Shown in pieces: positions 9,062-19,206 of a DNA stretch of 61,806 nt (positions are counted from its first letter, which is position 1; each line of letters opens with the position of its first letter). A program made the position numbers and the translations under genes. A model generated the notes under the pieces. The model saw only the letters and a list, made by a program, of their open reading frames with translations, did no database searches and was not told where the DNA came from. The stretch is taken from positions 1-61,806 of the IMG/VR virus record IMGVR_UViG_3300046479_000013, one strand, 5' to 3'. The stretch comes from a virus. Taxonomy: Duplodnaviria > Caudoviricetes.

Positions 9062-12000
9062 TTATACTCCACCCTCTCCACCAGGATTGCTGGAGATTCC
9101 ATAATTTTGATTGAAGTAATAGTCAAACTTTACCCCCATGATGATGTTACCAACTGAGAGGTAGCTCTGGAAGAATGCCACATGCTTCTCACTCAGAGCA
9201 CCACTGGAGTTATAGACGTAGTTGATAGCATGATTCTTTCCAATGATGGTCTGCAGAATTCCATTGGCATCAAAGAGCATCTGATCACAGAAACCCATGT
9301 TGGCCAGATTGGTCATCTCACTGGGGGCTGTGTTGAACGCTGGACTAATGTTTACCACTGTGCCTGGGAAGAAAAGTCTAAACTCAATTGAGTTGCTCTC
9401 AAAAGGAACACGATAGTAACAGTATTCTGATGGACTGTAATTTGGACTGGATTTGCTCCCAATGTTTGTATCAGCGGTATCCGTTGGGTTGGGAACAATC
9501 TGATATTCCTGAGGAGTAGTGTTCATGTATGGGAAGCATTCAAGCTCGGCTACATCTCCTAAAGCTCCCTGAGCGGCTGCATGGAACAGGCGGCAAGGAA
9601 TACCATCTCGGAGGATAGTCAAGCTGGTCTCACAGATCCCATCGGGAGAATACAGAGGATTGAACACTGGAATGTTAATGGGTTGAGACCACCACAATGT
9701 CCCGGAACCATCCCCAATGAATCTCAAGACCATTCCCTCAGAAGGAGTCCAGGGCCGGATAGATCCTGAATAGTTGTTCATGGATTGCTGAATGGCATTA
9801 GCGTTATCCAAGTAGTCACCCTTGGCGTAGACGTCCCCATTGTAATTCCAAGTGGGGAAAGAGGGGCAGCAGAGGTTATTGCGATTGATGATAATCTTGA
9901 CGGTCATGGAGTTGAGACGAATCTGAACCACATAGGGTGAGCTTCCAGTGAGATACAGGGTCGGACCATTAGCCTCCTGGCGGAAGGTCAGCTGAGGATT
10001 ATCCCCAACGTTGAAGCATACAGGATCATTGATTCCACCTTCTACTGGATTGCTGGGGTAGTTGTTACTCGCTGTTGTAATCGTGTTGGGGAACAGAGGA
10101 GTGAATCCAGCGTAGGGATTGTATACAGTAATAAAGTTCTGCTCATACACGGTCATGGTCATCAGGGTGTATTGACCTGTAAGGAGATAGACAGTATCAC
10201 TCTGAGTAGGATCCATGGTTGAGCAGAGAATGTTACTAGGGACTGGGTTTGGAACCCCGGCAGGAGGTGAGGTTCCAAAGATCTCTCTGGTCGGAGCGTT
10301 TGAGCCATCATTCTTGTAACGAACGACACCCTCAAAATAGTTCTCGTAGTAACCAAGTCCTATTACAGTCCCGTCATCCGCGAAGGACAGATGATAATTT
10401 GGGGCTCCAGCAGACGGGAACACAATGGGTCCCAGGATCGGATTGATGAATCCATCATTAGGAGAGAACACACAGTATTCATCTGTACTCCCTGTGCTTC
10501 CAGTTCCTCCACGATAGGTGACAATGATGTTACCGTCAGTGTAGCAAAGATTCATGTTATTACCACCAGCAGCGGTAACGGGAGACATGGAAATCATTCT
10601 GGGTTTTGCATAGTAATTCAGAACACAGGGGAAGACAAAGGATCCAGGATTCCCAGTGGAGTTGTACCATAGGGTAGGTGGATTGTTACTGCTGTAGTTC
10701 TGTGGATTGGTCATGCCAATCATCTGATATTGAGGAAGGTTTTGATTGTAGGGATCAAAGGGGTCCGTGGAAGGGTTAGTCAGAGAAGGAACATAAGTGA
10801 TCATGCTCATGCTGACGCTATCCGCCCCATTATACTCTATGTTCGGGAAATAATTTGGCTGGTCATAGTACACACCCATGTGCTTGTGTACCTCGTGGAC
10901 TTCCCCGGTGCTCAAGGTGATTACGCAAGTGAGGTCAATATCACTGTAGATCTGTGCCACATATAGAACCCAGTTTCCCCCATTCATGACCATCTCAACA
11001 CCAAGGGAATTAACCCAGGCACCCTCGACGGTCCAGACGTAGCTAGCTCCAACGAAGGTGGGAACCTTAGCCTGATGCCAGGATTCAGCATAACCTGGTA
11101 TAGACCAATTACCTTCGGTCATAGTTGCTTCAGGAGTGTCCTTCCAAGGAGGGCTGGTTTCCCCATTGCAAGGGATAGAGATTCCAGTGTTCGGAACACC
11201 CCCTATCCAACCGGGGGTGGCAGTCTGACCTACAGGCTGGATAAAGATGTAGTTGGTATCTGGTGTGGTATCAATGGTGATACCACTCATCTTATAGCTG
11301 TAATCCCACTGCTCTGTGTAGATCTCTGTGTTGAATGCCTGACCATTTCCGTTCAGGAATTGAGGGGTATACTGAACCATATCAATATTACCATTGTTGT
11401 CATCAGAGTAGAAAACAATAGAATTGTCTACTCCACCATTGATCTGAACGGTGATGTTGATTGGATCAAGACTGGTCGAACGCAACTCATAGGTGAACTG
11501 ATTGAAGGAATAAACTCCCGGCTGAGATGCCCCGTTGCATACGGGAATCTGCCAGCTGGGATCCCAATTGGCTTGTGTGTTAGCAACGGAAACCCCGTTG
11601 ACAAGGATTTCAACCAAGTAACTAGAACCATTACCCCCACCAGTAGTGTCAATGGCTAGACCCATAGAGTCAATTCCATTCCAACTTCCGGCACCGCCAA
11701 CTGTGATCTTGAAGGTATTTCCAACCGTCAAGGGGACCAACTGGAAATTCATACTTGATTGACCCTGACCCCAACCCCCTTGCTCATCAGAGGGAGCCCA
11801 GAAATTGTCATTTTCAGTAGTCACCAGCATAGCAGAAGCTGGGGACACACCAGTGGGAGACACATAGGTGGGGATACCACCGGAGATCCCTAGAATCTGC
11901 CCTTCCAGACCAGGAGCTAGACTGACAGGAGTTCCTGCATCACCACCGATGATTAGGTCACCAGGATCGGTCATTGGGTTGGTGAGCTCAGCGCCTACAG

Positions 12001-14767
12001 GAGCGATGAACTGAGGCATGCCATTCACAACCGTGAGGATCTGCCCATTGTAACCAGCACCAATAGCCTGAGGAGCACCATTAGTCCCACCTACGATCAT
12101 CTGACCCTGAGCAAACATTGGGTTGGTCATCCCACTTGAACCAGAGCTAGGAGTTACCCATGAGAGATTGGTACCATCGGTCTCCAGGACTTTGCCGGCC
12201 TGACCCGAGACAGGGGGAAGACCATTGGATGGAGCTACCCAAGAGGCTGTGGTACCATTGGTCTCCAGGACTTTACCGGACTGACCCGTCTGAGACGGCA
12301 AAGAGAACGGGGTGACCCATGAGAGATTGGTCCCGTCGGTCTCTAGGACCTTACCGGCATTGCTGGTCTGATCCGGGAGGGTTGTTCCTCCTCCACCGGA
12401 GCCAGAAGGTGCGGTGATCCACTGGAGATGGGTCCCATCAGTGGACAACACTTTGGTGGCATTGCCGGTCTGAGAAGGAATCTCCGTGGGAATTGCAGTC
12501 CATTGAGCCACAGTGCCATTGTTGGTCAACATCATCCCACTGGTCCCAACGGACATAGTCGGAAGAGAGGTCGGGAAGGCAACCCAAGAGGCTGCAGTAC
12601 CATTGTTGGTCAATGCCATCCCGTTGGTCCCAGTGGACATTGTGGGAAGCTGGGAGGGGAGGGTGGTCCAAGCCGCTGTAGTCCCATTGCTGGCCAAGAA
12701 TTGACCATTGTTGGCAGCGATTTGAGCTGGGATGACACTGACGGTTGCCCAAGTGGCGGACGAGCCATTGGTGGAGAGGAACTTACCGGAGTTTCCAGAT
12801 TGCGCCGGGAGGGCATCAGAGGGAGGATTGACCCAGGTGGGTAGACCATTGGAGCCCACAGCGAGAAGCATACCATTGGTAGCTCCAATGGCCAGACGAT
12901 CTGGAACATTGGAAGCGTTGCCGATGAGCAAGTCGCCCTCGGTGGTGATCGGAGTGGCGGTGATCCATACACCAGTATTACCATCAGTAGACAGGATCTT
13001 CCCGTTCATACCCGTCATGTTGGGTAGGCCAGAGAAGCCGTCAGCTACGGATGCCCAAGCGGCGTTGGTGCCATCAGTTCGGAGGAAGTAACCAGTGTGC
13101 CCCGTCTGAGCAGGGAGCGCAGAGGTAGGAGCAGATACCCAAGCGGGGAGGCCATTGGTACCTACAGCCAACAATGCCCCTTCAGTACCAATACCCAATC
13201 TGGTGAAGGTGGTGGAAGTGTTACCAAGGATCAGATCTCCATAGGTCATTCCACCAGGAGCAGTGAGGCCTTGGAGCCATTCTAGATTAGTTCCATCAGT
13301 AGACAGGAACTTACCAGTCTGGCCAGTGAAGGAGGGAATGGCGGCTAGACCTGCTTCCAAGGCAGTCCATTGGGCAAAGGTGCCGTTGGTGGATAGGTAG
13401 AAACCATTCTTACCAGACTGAGCTGGGAGAGCTGAAGTGGGCGCGGATACCCAAGCCGGGAGACCATTGTCCCCCACAGCCAACAGAGTTCCAGCAGCAC
13501 CAATGGGGAATCTCACTGGGACAGCGGGGTTACCACCAGCAGGAGCGTAGATCATATCCCCAGCAGTGGTCATGGGGTTGGTCATTCCATTGAAGGTGAA
13601 GGTAGCCCAGGTGGGAGCGGAACCGTTGTTGGTCAAGAACATCCCACTAGTGCCAGAGGACACAGCAGGAAGGGCAGAGATGGCTTGCCAAGAGAGCGCA
13701 GTGCCGTTATTGGTCAGGAAGGATCCAGAGACCATAGTCGGCAATGGGCTGGGAACTGTGGACCAGGAGATCGCGGTACCATTTGTGGTCAGGAACTTAC
13801 CACCGGCTCCACCTTGAGAGGGAAGCTGATTGGGGATAGCGGCCCATGCAGCGGTTGAGCCATTGGTAGTGAGAACCATTCCGCTCTCGCCAGCGGTCTG
13901 GGTGGGAAGCACCTGAGGGAAAGAGGTCCAGGCACAAGTAGATCCGTTGGTGGTAAGGTAGTAACCGTTCTCCCCAGCGGTCATAGCCGGGAGCTCCTGG
14001 GGCAATGTAGCCCAGGACAATCCTGTACCATTGTTGGTCAGGAACTCACCAGAGACCAGGGAGGGGAAGAAGCTAAGGAAGGTGGTCCAGGAGGCATTAG
14101 AGCCATCGGTAGTCAGTAGGTCCCCATTGGCCTGACCAGCAGGGAGACCGATGAGGTTGGACCAAGCCAGGGACTGGCCATCAGGGGTGTAGAGGAATTT
14201 ACCGGCTTCACCTGCAGGACTGGGCAGAGAGTCCGGCTGGTCGAACATCTTAGCCATCACAGTCACAGTGGAAGCATTCACGGCGATGATGGTTCCAAGG
14301 ATCTGCTTTGCTTGAGAGGCTGTGGTGGGTACAGTGGTCTGGGCCGCACCAGGGACGGATGTGCTCAAATACACATACTGACCAATACTGGCTGAAGTAA
14401 AAGCCCCCAGGGGCATCTGGGTGTTGGGGCCAGCGTAGTAGACCAGAGCTTCAGCTCCAGAGGCTACAGCGGCTAGGACATATCCGTGAGCTTCTTTGGT
14501 CTTGTCGGCGGCCAATGCCTTCTGAACCATCTTGGTCCCGTTGCTGGAGAACACATTGACCCAGTCACCGGCATTGAGGGCTGTGGCGGCAATGATGTTC
14601 TCGGCATACTCGGAGACTGAAGGTGGAATGACCCCATCAGAGTTGGTCTCAACGATGCTCCCTGGTGCGGGGGCATTAGGATTGATTGCAGGCTGCTCTA
14701 CAACTAGCCTGGAAACGGGATCGAAAATCAATGGGTTGGTCAAGACTATACTCCCAGGGGTGCTCAT
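9062..14767 (-). CDS. long tail fibre / adhesin (1901 aa)
   Basis: Many LPxQxGxxGxxLxT[ND]GTxxSW and NPMTxxGDLI repeats; G/T/S/N-rich; beta-rich C-terminal region. Confidence 0.8.
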   Translation of the reverse strand: MSTPGSIVLTNPLIFDPVSRLVVEQPAINPNAPAPGSIVETNSDGVIPPSVSEYAENIIAATALNAGDWVNVFSSNGTKMVQKALAADKTKEAHGYVLAAVASGAEALVYYAGPNTQMPLGAFTSASIGQYVYLSTSVPGAAQTTVPTTASQAKQILGTIIAVNASTVTVMAKMFDQPDSLPSPAGEAGKFLYTPDGQSLAWSNLIGLPAGQANGDLLTTDGSNASWTTFLSFFPSLVSGEFLTNNGTGLSWATLPQELPAMTAGENGYYLTTNGSTCAWTSFPQVLPTQTAGESGMVLTTNGSTAAWAAIPNQLPSQGGAGGKFLTTNGTAISWSTVPSPLPTMVSGSFLTNNGTALSWQAISALPAVSSGTSGMFLTNNGSAPTWATFTFNGMTNPMTTAGDMIYAPAGGNPAVPVRFPIGAAGTLLAVGDNGLPAWVSAPTSALPAQSGKNGFYLSTNGTFAQWTALEAGLAAIPSFTGQTGKFLSTDGTNLEWLQGLTAPGGMTYGDLILGNTSTTFTRLGIGTEGALLAVGTNGLPAWVSAPTSALPAQTGHTGYFLRTDGTNAAWASVADGFSGLPNMTGMNGKILSTDGNTGVWITATPITTEGDLLIGNASNVPDRLAIGATNGMLLAVGSNGLPTWVNPPSDALPAQSGNSGKFLSTNGSSATWATVSVIPAQIAANNGQFLASNGTTAAWTTLPSQLPTMSTGTNGMALTNNGTAASWVAFPTSLPTMSVGTSGMMLTNNGTVAQWTAIPTEIPSQTGNATKVLSTDGTHLQWITAPSGSGGGGTTLPDQTSNAGKVLETDGTNLSWVTPFSLPSQTGQSGKVLETNGTTASWVAPSNGLPPVSGQAGKVLETDGTNLSWVTPSSGSSGMTNPMFAQGQMIVGGTNGAPQAIGAGYNGQILTVVNGMPQFIAPVGAELTNPMTDPGDLIIGGDAGTPVSLAPGLEGQILGISGGIPTYVSPTGVSPASAMLVTTENDNFWAPSDEQGGWGQGQSSMNFQLVPLTVGNTFKITVGGAGSWNGIDSMGLAIDTTGGGNGSSYLVEILVNGVSVANTQANWDPSWQIPVCNGASQPGVYSFNQFTYELRSTSLDPINITVQINGGVDNSIVFYSDDNNGNIDMVQYTPQFLNGNGQAFNTEIYTEQWDYSYKMSGITIDTTPDTNYIFIQPVGQTATPGWIGGVPNTGISIPCNGETSPPWKDTPEATMTEGNWSIPGYAESWHQAKVPTFVGASYVWTVEGAWVNSLGVEMVMNGGNWVLYVAQIYSDIDLTCVITLSTGEVHEVHKHMGVYYDQPNYFPNIEYNGADSVSMSMITYVPSLTNPSTDPFDPYNQNLPQYQMIGMTNPQNYSSNNPPTLWYNSTGNPGSFVFPCVLNYYAKPRMISMSPVTAAGGNNMNLCYTDGNIIVTYRGGTGSTGSTDEYCVFSPNDGFINPILGPIVFPSAGAPNYHLSFADDGTVIGLGYYENYFEGVVRYKNDGSNAPTREIFGTSPPAGVPNPVPSNILCSTMDPTQSDTVYLLTGQYTLMTMTVYEQNFITVYNPYAGFTPLFPNTITTASNNYPSNPVEGGINDPVCFNVGDNPQLTFRQEANGPTLYLTGSSPYVVQIRLNSMTVKIIINRNNLCCPSFPTWNYNGDVYAKGDYLDNANAIQQSMNNYSGSIRPWTPSEGMVLRFIGDGSGTLWWSQPINIPVFNPLYSPDGICETSLTILRDGIPCRLFHAAAQGALGDVAELECFPYMNTTPQEYQIVPNPTDTADTNIGSKSSPNYSPSEYCYYRVPFESNSIEFRLFFPGTVVNISPAFNTAPSEMTNLANMGFCDQMLFDANGILQTIIGKNHAINYVYNSSGALSEKHVAFFQSYLSVGNIIMGVKFDYYFNQNYGISSNPGGEGGV

Positions 14768-14793
14768 AGAGATCTTGGGAGTCGTGAGAGCTA

Positions 14794-15147
14794 TTAAGGT
14801 TTCGGTCTATGTAGGTATAAAACAGTGCTTCCAAACTTGGTCTTATGACATCCGAGAACTAACATATTATCCTCAAAATCTTTGAGCTGCTCGATGGTCA
14901 ACACCTTAGATCCAAATAGCATAGGCTCTGGCTCAAAGGCCCATGTGGGTCCCCCTTCCCAAGAGCAAGTGAATAAGGATCCAATGAGGCACAAACCAAA
15001 ATCCTCTACATTTTTGTTGATGAATACTTTTGAGGGATAAACCGTGGTGGAGAATCCCTCACCAAGGAAATCAATAATGCTTGAAGCGGCATCTACTAGC
15101 ACCTGAGGATCCTCAGCAGCTCTGAGTAGTTTAGCGGTTAGTTTCAT
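14794..15147 (-). CDS. KLL-leader family protein
   Basis: Starts MKLTAKLLRAAED; ATGA overlap with upstream gene. Confidence 0.75.
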   Translation of the reverse strand: MKLTAKLLRAAEDPQVLVDAASSIIDFLGEGFSTTVYPSKVFINKNVEDFGLCLIGSLFTCSWEGGPTWAFEPEPMLFGSKVLTIEQLKDFEDNMLVLGCHKTKFGSTVLYLHRPKP

Positions 15148-16796
15148 TCCCATTGCCCTCTGTAGTAGACATCCCCACCACTGGTGTAGGATTCTCTGTA
15201 ACCATTTGCAGTCATCCAATCCAGGATGACATCATACTGCTCAGCGGACCCCTTGAAATTCTTAGGAAGAGAAATGGAGTTCAAGGAAGCATCAAAGGTG
15301 AGGAGATATGAATTTGGACTCAAGAAAACCATATAAGTGGTTCCGATATTGGTTATGTTAGAAGTCAGCCCTGGAACAGGGGCATCCCAATCGATTCCCA
15401 GGGTCTGTAGCAAATCCTTTAGTTCAGAAAGATATTGATCCTTGGTGGCACGCTTAAGGAGTTTGGCCTGCATTCTAGTTTTACCCTTGGCCTCCTGCTC
15501 CGGCGTGAAGGGATATCGGTCAAAGAACACTATGGTGCTGTGCTTGTCCCCCTCCAGGACCTTCCCGCCCATGGCGTAGCCCCAATCAAGGAAATCAGCC
15601 TTGAGCTCTTGATCCCCAGGGCCTCTACCAATGCACAGAGTGTAACTCCACAGCCGATGAGTGAGCGCAGCGATCATGTTGTCCTCTTCAGAACGAATGA
15701 ATACTTGCTTATCATCTATCTTCATCTGGCTGTCTTTGATCCCTAATCCTCGGGCATATTCAGCGAAATCATCTAAGGGAACCTTGTTGAGTTCCGGAGT
15801 CTGATCAGCATTTGTCAGACGACCCAGAACCGGCTTGAAAGATCCCGCTGGCTTAGGTGTGTTCTCCCAACGCTCACGGCCACCCAGATCTCGGAAGACC
15901 ATCTTGAAGTTATGCACGGCTAGCCAGTCTTCAATAGCCTCACGATCTGAAGGTGTAAGGTTAGGTTCTACATGAACCTCGTAGTGATATGTTAGGGGAT
16001 CAGAGAGCTTGGCGGCGAAGCCCTGGAAGGTAATACGGAGGATCCTCTTCTCATCCTTATGATAATCTCTTCCTCTATACAACACGATGGCTACAGGGGC
16101 CTCTTCGGTCTTGAGGGTCTTGTCCCCAAGAGTGGTCTTGAGCTCTTGGACCATCTTACGGGTATCCGCCATTGGAGCATCAGCGTAAGATTCAGCGCAC
16201 TTGAGCAGTTTGGAGGTCAAGGTTTTCTGTGGGTGGATGAAGAAATGAAGCTCACGTGTTGCGGTAGCATCTGAAGCTCGGCCACCCTTGGACAAAGCCC
16301 AATCATACAATTCTTCGAAGACTTCACTCATACCAGATTCCTCAAGCCATTTCTTATTGCTAGACAGAACCAATGTTGCTCCTTGCCCGTATGCCACGAA
16401 GGACACCAGCTTTCGATGAAACTTATCTCTGACTTGAACCCACCCATTCTCGGAAGCGATCAAATTGTCAGGAACACCTAGATCCCGGATGAAGATATAG
16501 AAATCTCGTTCCAGATCATTGTCTGGGCGAACGAAGACATCTTCCCCTCTGTCCGTGAATTCATGATCAAGAGCCCACTGCTTAGCAGAGGCTATGATCT
16601 GTTCATCTTGAGGAATCAATCCATGATTCTCCAAGATCTCTAATCTGAATTGTTTGTTAACTCTGCTGAGTTCTAGAATTGCGTATGTGTTGTTGGAATT
16701 CTGAACACGTATACAATCCCCTACATTACGAATGCGCTTAGGAGAGACATGTAGCTCGGCTAGGAGAACCTTGAATTCTTTAATCATCTGGGCCAT
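15144..16796 (-). CDS. multidomain (polyprotein-like) member of the KLL-leader family
   Basis: Internal LTSKLLKCA and MQAKLLKRA; five DWxxxxG[FY]-type repeats. Confidence 0.75.
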   Translation of the reverse strand: MAQMIKEFKVLLAELHVSPKRIRNVGDCIRVQNSNNTYAILELSRVNKQFRLEILENHGLIPQDEQIIASAKQWALDHEFTDRGEDVFVRPDNDLERDFYIFIRDLGVPDNLIASENGWVQVRDKFHRKLVSFVAYGQGATLVLSSNKKWLEESGMSEVFEELYDWALSKGGRASDATATRELHFFIHPQKTLTSKLLKCAESYADAPMADTRKMVQELKTTLGDKTLKTEEAPVAIVLYRGRDYHKDEKRILRITFQGFAAKLSDPLTYHYEVHVEPNLTPSDREAIEDWLAVHNFKMVFRDLGGRERWENTPKPAGSFKPVLGRLTNADQTPELNKVPLDDFAEYARGLGIKDSQMKIDDKQVFIRSEEDNMIAALTHRLWSYTLCIGRGPGDQELKADFLDWGYAMGGKVLEGDKHSTIVFFDRYPFTPEQEAKGKTRMQAKLLKRATKDQYLSELKDLLQTLGIDWDAPVPGLTSNITNIGTTYMVFLSPNSYLLTFDASLNSISLPKNFKGSAEQYDVILDWMTANGYRESYTSGGDVYYRGQWE

Positions 16797-17170
16797 TATA
16801 TTCTCTTGAGCAGCTTGGCTCGTAAGGACTTCTCTGGATTCGGGATCTTCATGAGTTCCCACATAGGGTAGGATGACACAAACTTCTTACCCCCATGAGC
16901 ATAGCCCCAATCGATTACAGCCTCCAGGATCCCCTGCTCCCATTCAGAAAGAGAGAATCCCGGTTGGAAGACCAGAAGCTCATAGAAGTTGAAGAGGGTC
17001 GTTTCATTCGTAAATTTAAGAAGATAGTCTGGATCGTCACCATACACTCTATTAGTGTCTTGATGACCAGGACGTAGAACAACGATCTGACGAGAGTCAT
17101 GGCGCATGGACTTCCAGTCCAATCCAAGATCAGAAGTAATGAAAGCATCAAATTCTTTAAACGGATCCAT
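16796..17170 (-). CDS. DWxxxxG-domain protein ending in the KLL motif
   Basis: IDWGYAHGG; C-terminus SLRAKLLKRI; TAATG overlap with next gene. Confidence 0.7.
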   Translation of the reverse strand: MDPFKEFDAFITSDLGLDWKSMRHDSRQIVVLRPGHQDTNRVYGDDPDYLLKFTNETTLFNFYELLVFQPGFSLSEWEQGILEAVIDWGYAHGGKKFVSSYPMWELMKIPNPEKSLRAKLLKRI

Positions 17171-17196
17171 GAACCACCATATCTAAAAGGACATAG

Positions 17197-17221
17197 AAAA
17201 TCCCCGGACTGGGCCGGGGAT
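17197..17221 (-). terminator. intrinsic terminator after tRNA-Trp
   Basis: TCCCCGG/CCGGGGA hairpin followed by TTTT on minus strand. Confidence 0.65.
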
Positions 17222-17225
17222 ACAT

Positions 17226-17301
17226 TGGCAGGAGTGACCCGGATCGAACGGGCAACCAGGGGATTTGGAGTCCTCTGCTCTACCTTCTGAGCTTCACTCC
17301 T
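17226..17301 (-). tRNA. tRNA-Trp(CCA)
   Basis: Cloverleaf, loop CT-CCA-AA, encoded CCA. Confidence 0.92.
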
Positions 17302-17306
17302 ATGTG

Positions 17307-17477
17307 TTACGAACTAGGCATGGCCAACCAGAGAATAAAATAGACAAGCAAACCAGGACCAAAGATCAAGAAGATCAGGAAGAGGATCCGCATCACAGCT
17401 GGATCAACGTCGAAATAGTCAGCGAGTCCACCGCATACCCCGGCGATCTCTCCGTTCTTACGAACTAGTCTATCCAT
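17307..17477 (-). CDS. pspC: PspC-domain membrane protein (56 aa, below ORF-track cutoff)
   Basis: Manual translation MDRLVRKNGEIAGVCGGLADYFDVDPAVMRILF...YFILWLAMP; GAGGAG RBS. Confidence 0.88.
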   Translation of the reverse strand: MDRLVRKNGEIAGVCGGLADYFDVDPAVMRILFLIFLIFGPGLLVYFILWLAMPSS

Positions 17478-17478
17478 A

Positions 17479-18120
17479 CTAACTCCTCAAAAGGGGAAGC
17501 TCTTCCAGACAAGTCTTGCAAGCGCCACAAGCCACGTAGACACCATTATCCGTCCGTGGAGTCCGACATGACCAGGAGAGATCCCGAACCTCCTTGGGGA
17601 GGAAATCATAGATTTCACGCTTAGTGTATTTGACAACCGGGAAAAGCTTCTTCACGATTGTGAACATTGAAATCACATGACAGCTACGTTGGAACCGCCA
17701 TTCAGATACTGGATCATAGGGGGCACCGTCTGACTTGGTTCTTCCAATGGCAATGTGCTTAACATCTGGCCAGAAGGAACAGATGTTCCCGGCAGTGAAA
17801 GCTACAATGTCGGTATCCCAGGGGAACCCTCCGTTGAAGGTTGGGAAGGCACAGGTGGATTCTGAATATGACAACCTAGGATTAGGACTGTAATAGGCAA
17901 GGATATCCTCCACAGCTCTACTCTCTACCTCATCCCTACCCTCTTGGTTGAGGATGTTGATGTGATGGACATGTAGATCATATTGAGAATACTCTGGTTG
18001 ATTGAGGAGCACATGAAGCATCCCCAAGGAGTCCAACCCTCCCGACAACATCACAAGGATGGTTGGGGAGGTAGGATTCGAACCCACGGATGACGGGATC
18101 AAAACCCGTTGCCTTACCAC
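17479..18120 (-). CDS. QueC-like PP-loop ATPase (start either GTG inside tRNA-Gln or near 18050)
   Basis: SGGLDS PP-loop; WSC...CGACKTC zinc site. Confidence 0.75.
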   Translation of the reverse strand: MVRQRVLIPSSVGSNPTSPTILVMLSGGLDSLGMLHVLLNQPEYSQYDLHVHHINILNQEGRDEVESRAVEDILAYYSPNPRLSYSESTCAFPTFNGGFPWDTDIVAFTAGNICSFWPDVKHIAIGRTKSDGAPYDPVSEWRFQRSCHVISMFTIVKKLFPVVKYTKREIYDFLPKEVRDLSWSCRTPRTDNGVYVACGACKTCLEELPLLRS

Positions 18121-18134
18121 TTGGCGACTCCCCA
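18060..18134 (-). tRNA. tRNA-Gln(TTG)
   Basis: Cloverleaf, loop TT-TTG-AT, CCA. Confidence 0.92.
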
Positions 18135-18135
18135 G

Positions 18136-18564
18136 TTAAAGCTTGGCCTCGTCCTGATAGATCTGGCGTAGATGCATCAGGAGCTTGCCGAGCATATTCT
18201 TCCCCGTCCCATCCATGGTCCCCCAGTAACGATCACCCCAGGTGTTGCCTTCTTCCAGGTGAGCATCTCCGGTTAAGAGAAGATCTTTTCGTAGGTCCTC
18301 GTGCTGGTCAAACTTGGCCTGCAGGACTTCCCACATGATGTCGTCCTTGACTTCATCCCAATCAGAGCGGAGAGTGATCTTACGACCAAGCTTCTTGCTC
18401 AGACCAGCGGTGAGAATCGTGAACTCCTTAGCCCGAGCGGGTTCTTTCTGAGACTGGTATGCAGCCTCGGTGCTCGGAAAGGTCAAGCCAAAGACCGTCA
18501 CGGGAGCTTCATGAAAGTTGCTCAGGAAGCGATAGACGCCACTGAACTCTTTGATGCTGTCCAT
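18136..18564 (-). CDS. NADAR (YbiA-like) family protein
   Basis: FLSNF, TEAAYQSQK, DWDEVKDDIM, KFDQH, WGDRYWG, GKNMLGKLLM. Confidence 0.92.
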   Translation of the reverse strand: MDSIKEFSGVYRFLSNFHEAPVTVFGLTFPSTEAAYQSQKEPARAKEFTILTAGLSKKLGRKITLRSDWDEVKDDIMWEVLQAKFDQHEDLRKDLLLTGDAHLEEGNTWGDRYWGTMDGTGKNMLGKLLMHLRQIYQDEAKL

Positions 18565-18578
18565 GATGGTCTCCTTGA

Positions 18579-18656
<78 letters not shown>

Positions 18657-18822
18657 ATGATACCCCAGTTGTGCTACTCCGCTGAGGGGCCGGAGGTATT
18701 CAATCCCCTTGCGAGGACAGGCACTAGAACGTCCAAGACTATCAAGACCATACCTACTTGGCTAGGTGAGGGGCTAACCGTGAACCAAATCCCCTCGGGT
18801 CAGAGATCTAAGTTACCGGGGT

Positions 18823-19206
18823 TCATAAACCCTGGATCCCCTTGAGGAAGTCTTCATCATCTTCCAGAGCATTAGCATCCAAAGGAGAATCCACTAGTTT
18901 CGCTGTAATGGTGTCCTCTAAGGCTTCTTCATGATCCTCATTGTTCTCATAATCGAAATCTGCTTTCCATGAGACCCATTCGAACTCATGCTCTTCTACA
19001 TCTCCACCCATGGATTCAAACCCATCTAGGTAATCACCAAGGACCTTCTTCATTTCCCGCCATAATCTACGCTCAATCTCAAATGGGACTTCTGTTCTCT
19101 GCCCCATTTCCACTTTGACCAAGAAGGGTTTGAACTTTCCAGCCTTGGATCTGATTGTGTAGCCCCAGAGGGAAGCGGTGAGGAGTTTGGCTGTGAATCG
19201 GATCAT
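18823..19206 (-). CDS. KLL-leader family protein
   Basis: MIRFTAKLLTAS; acidic. Confidence 0.75.
   Translation of the reverse strand: MIRFTAKLLTASLWGYTIRSKAGKFKPFLVKVEMGQRTEVPFEIERRLWREMKKVLGDYLDGFESMGGDVEEHEFEWVSWKADFDYENNEDHEEALEDTITAKLVDSPLDANALEDDEDFLKGIQGL

Noticed and set aside
11900-14230. Repeats in the long fibre gene as a diversity-generating or mobile repeat system
   Set aside because: Repeats are degenerate at DNA level and are ordinary fibre-shaft protein repeats; no reverse transcriptase or invertase seen.
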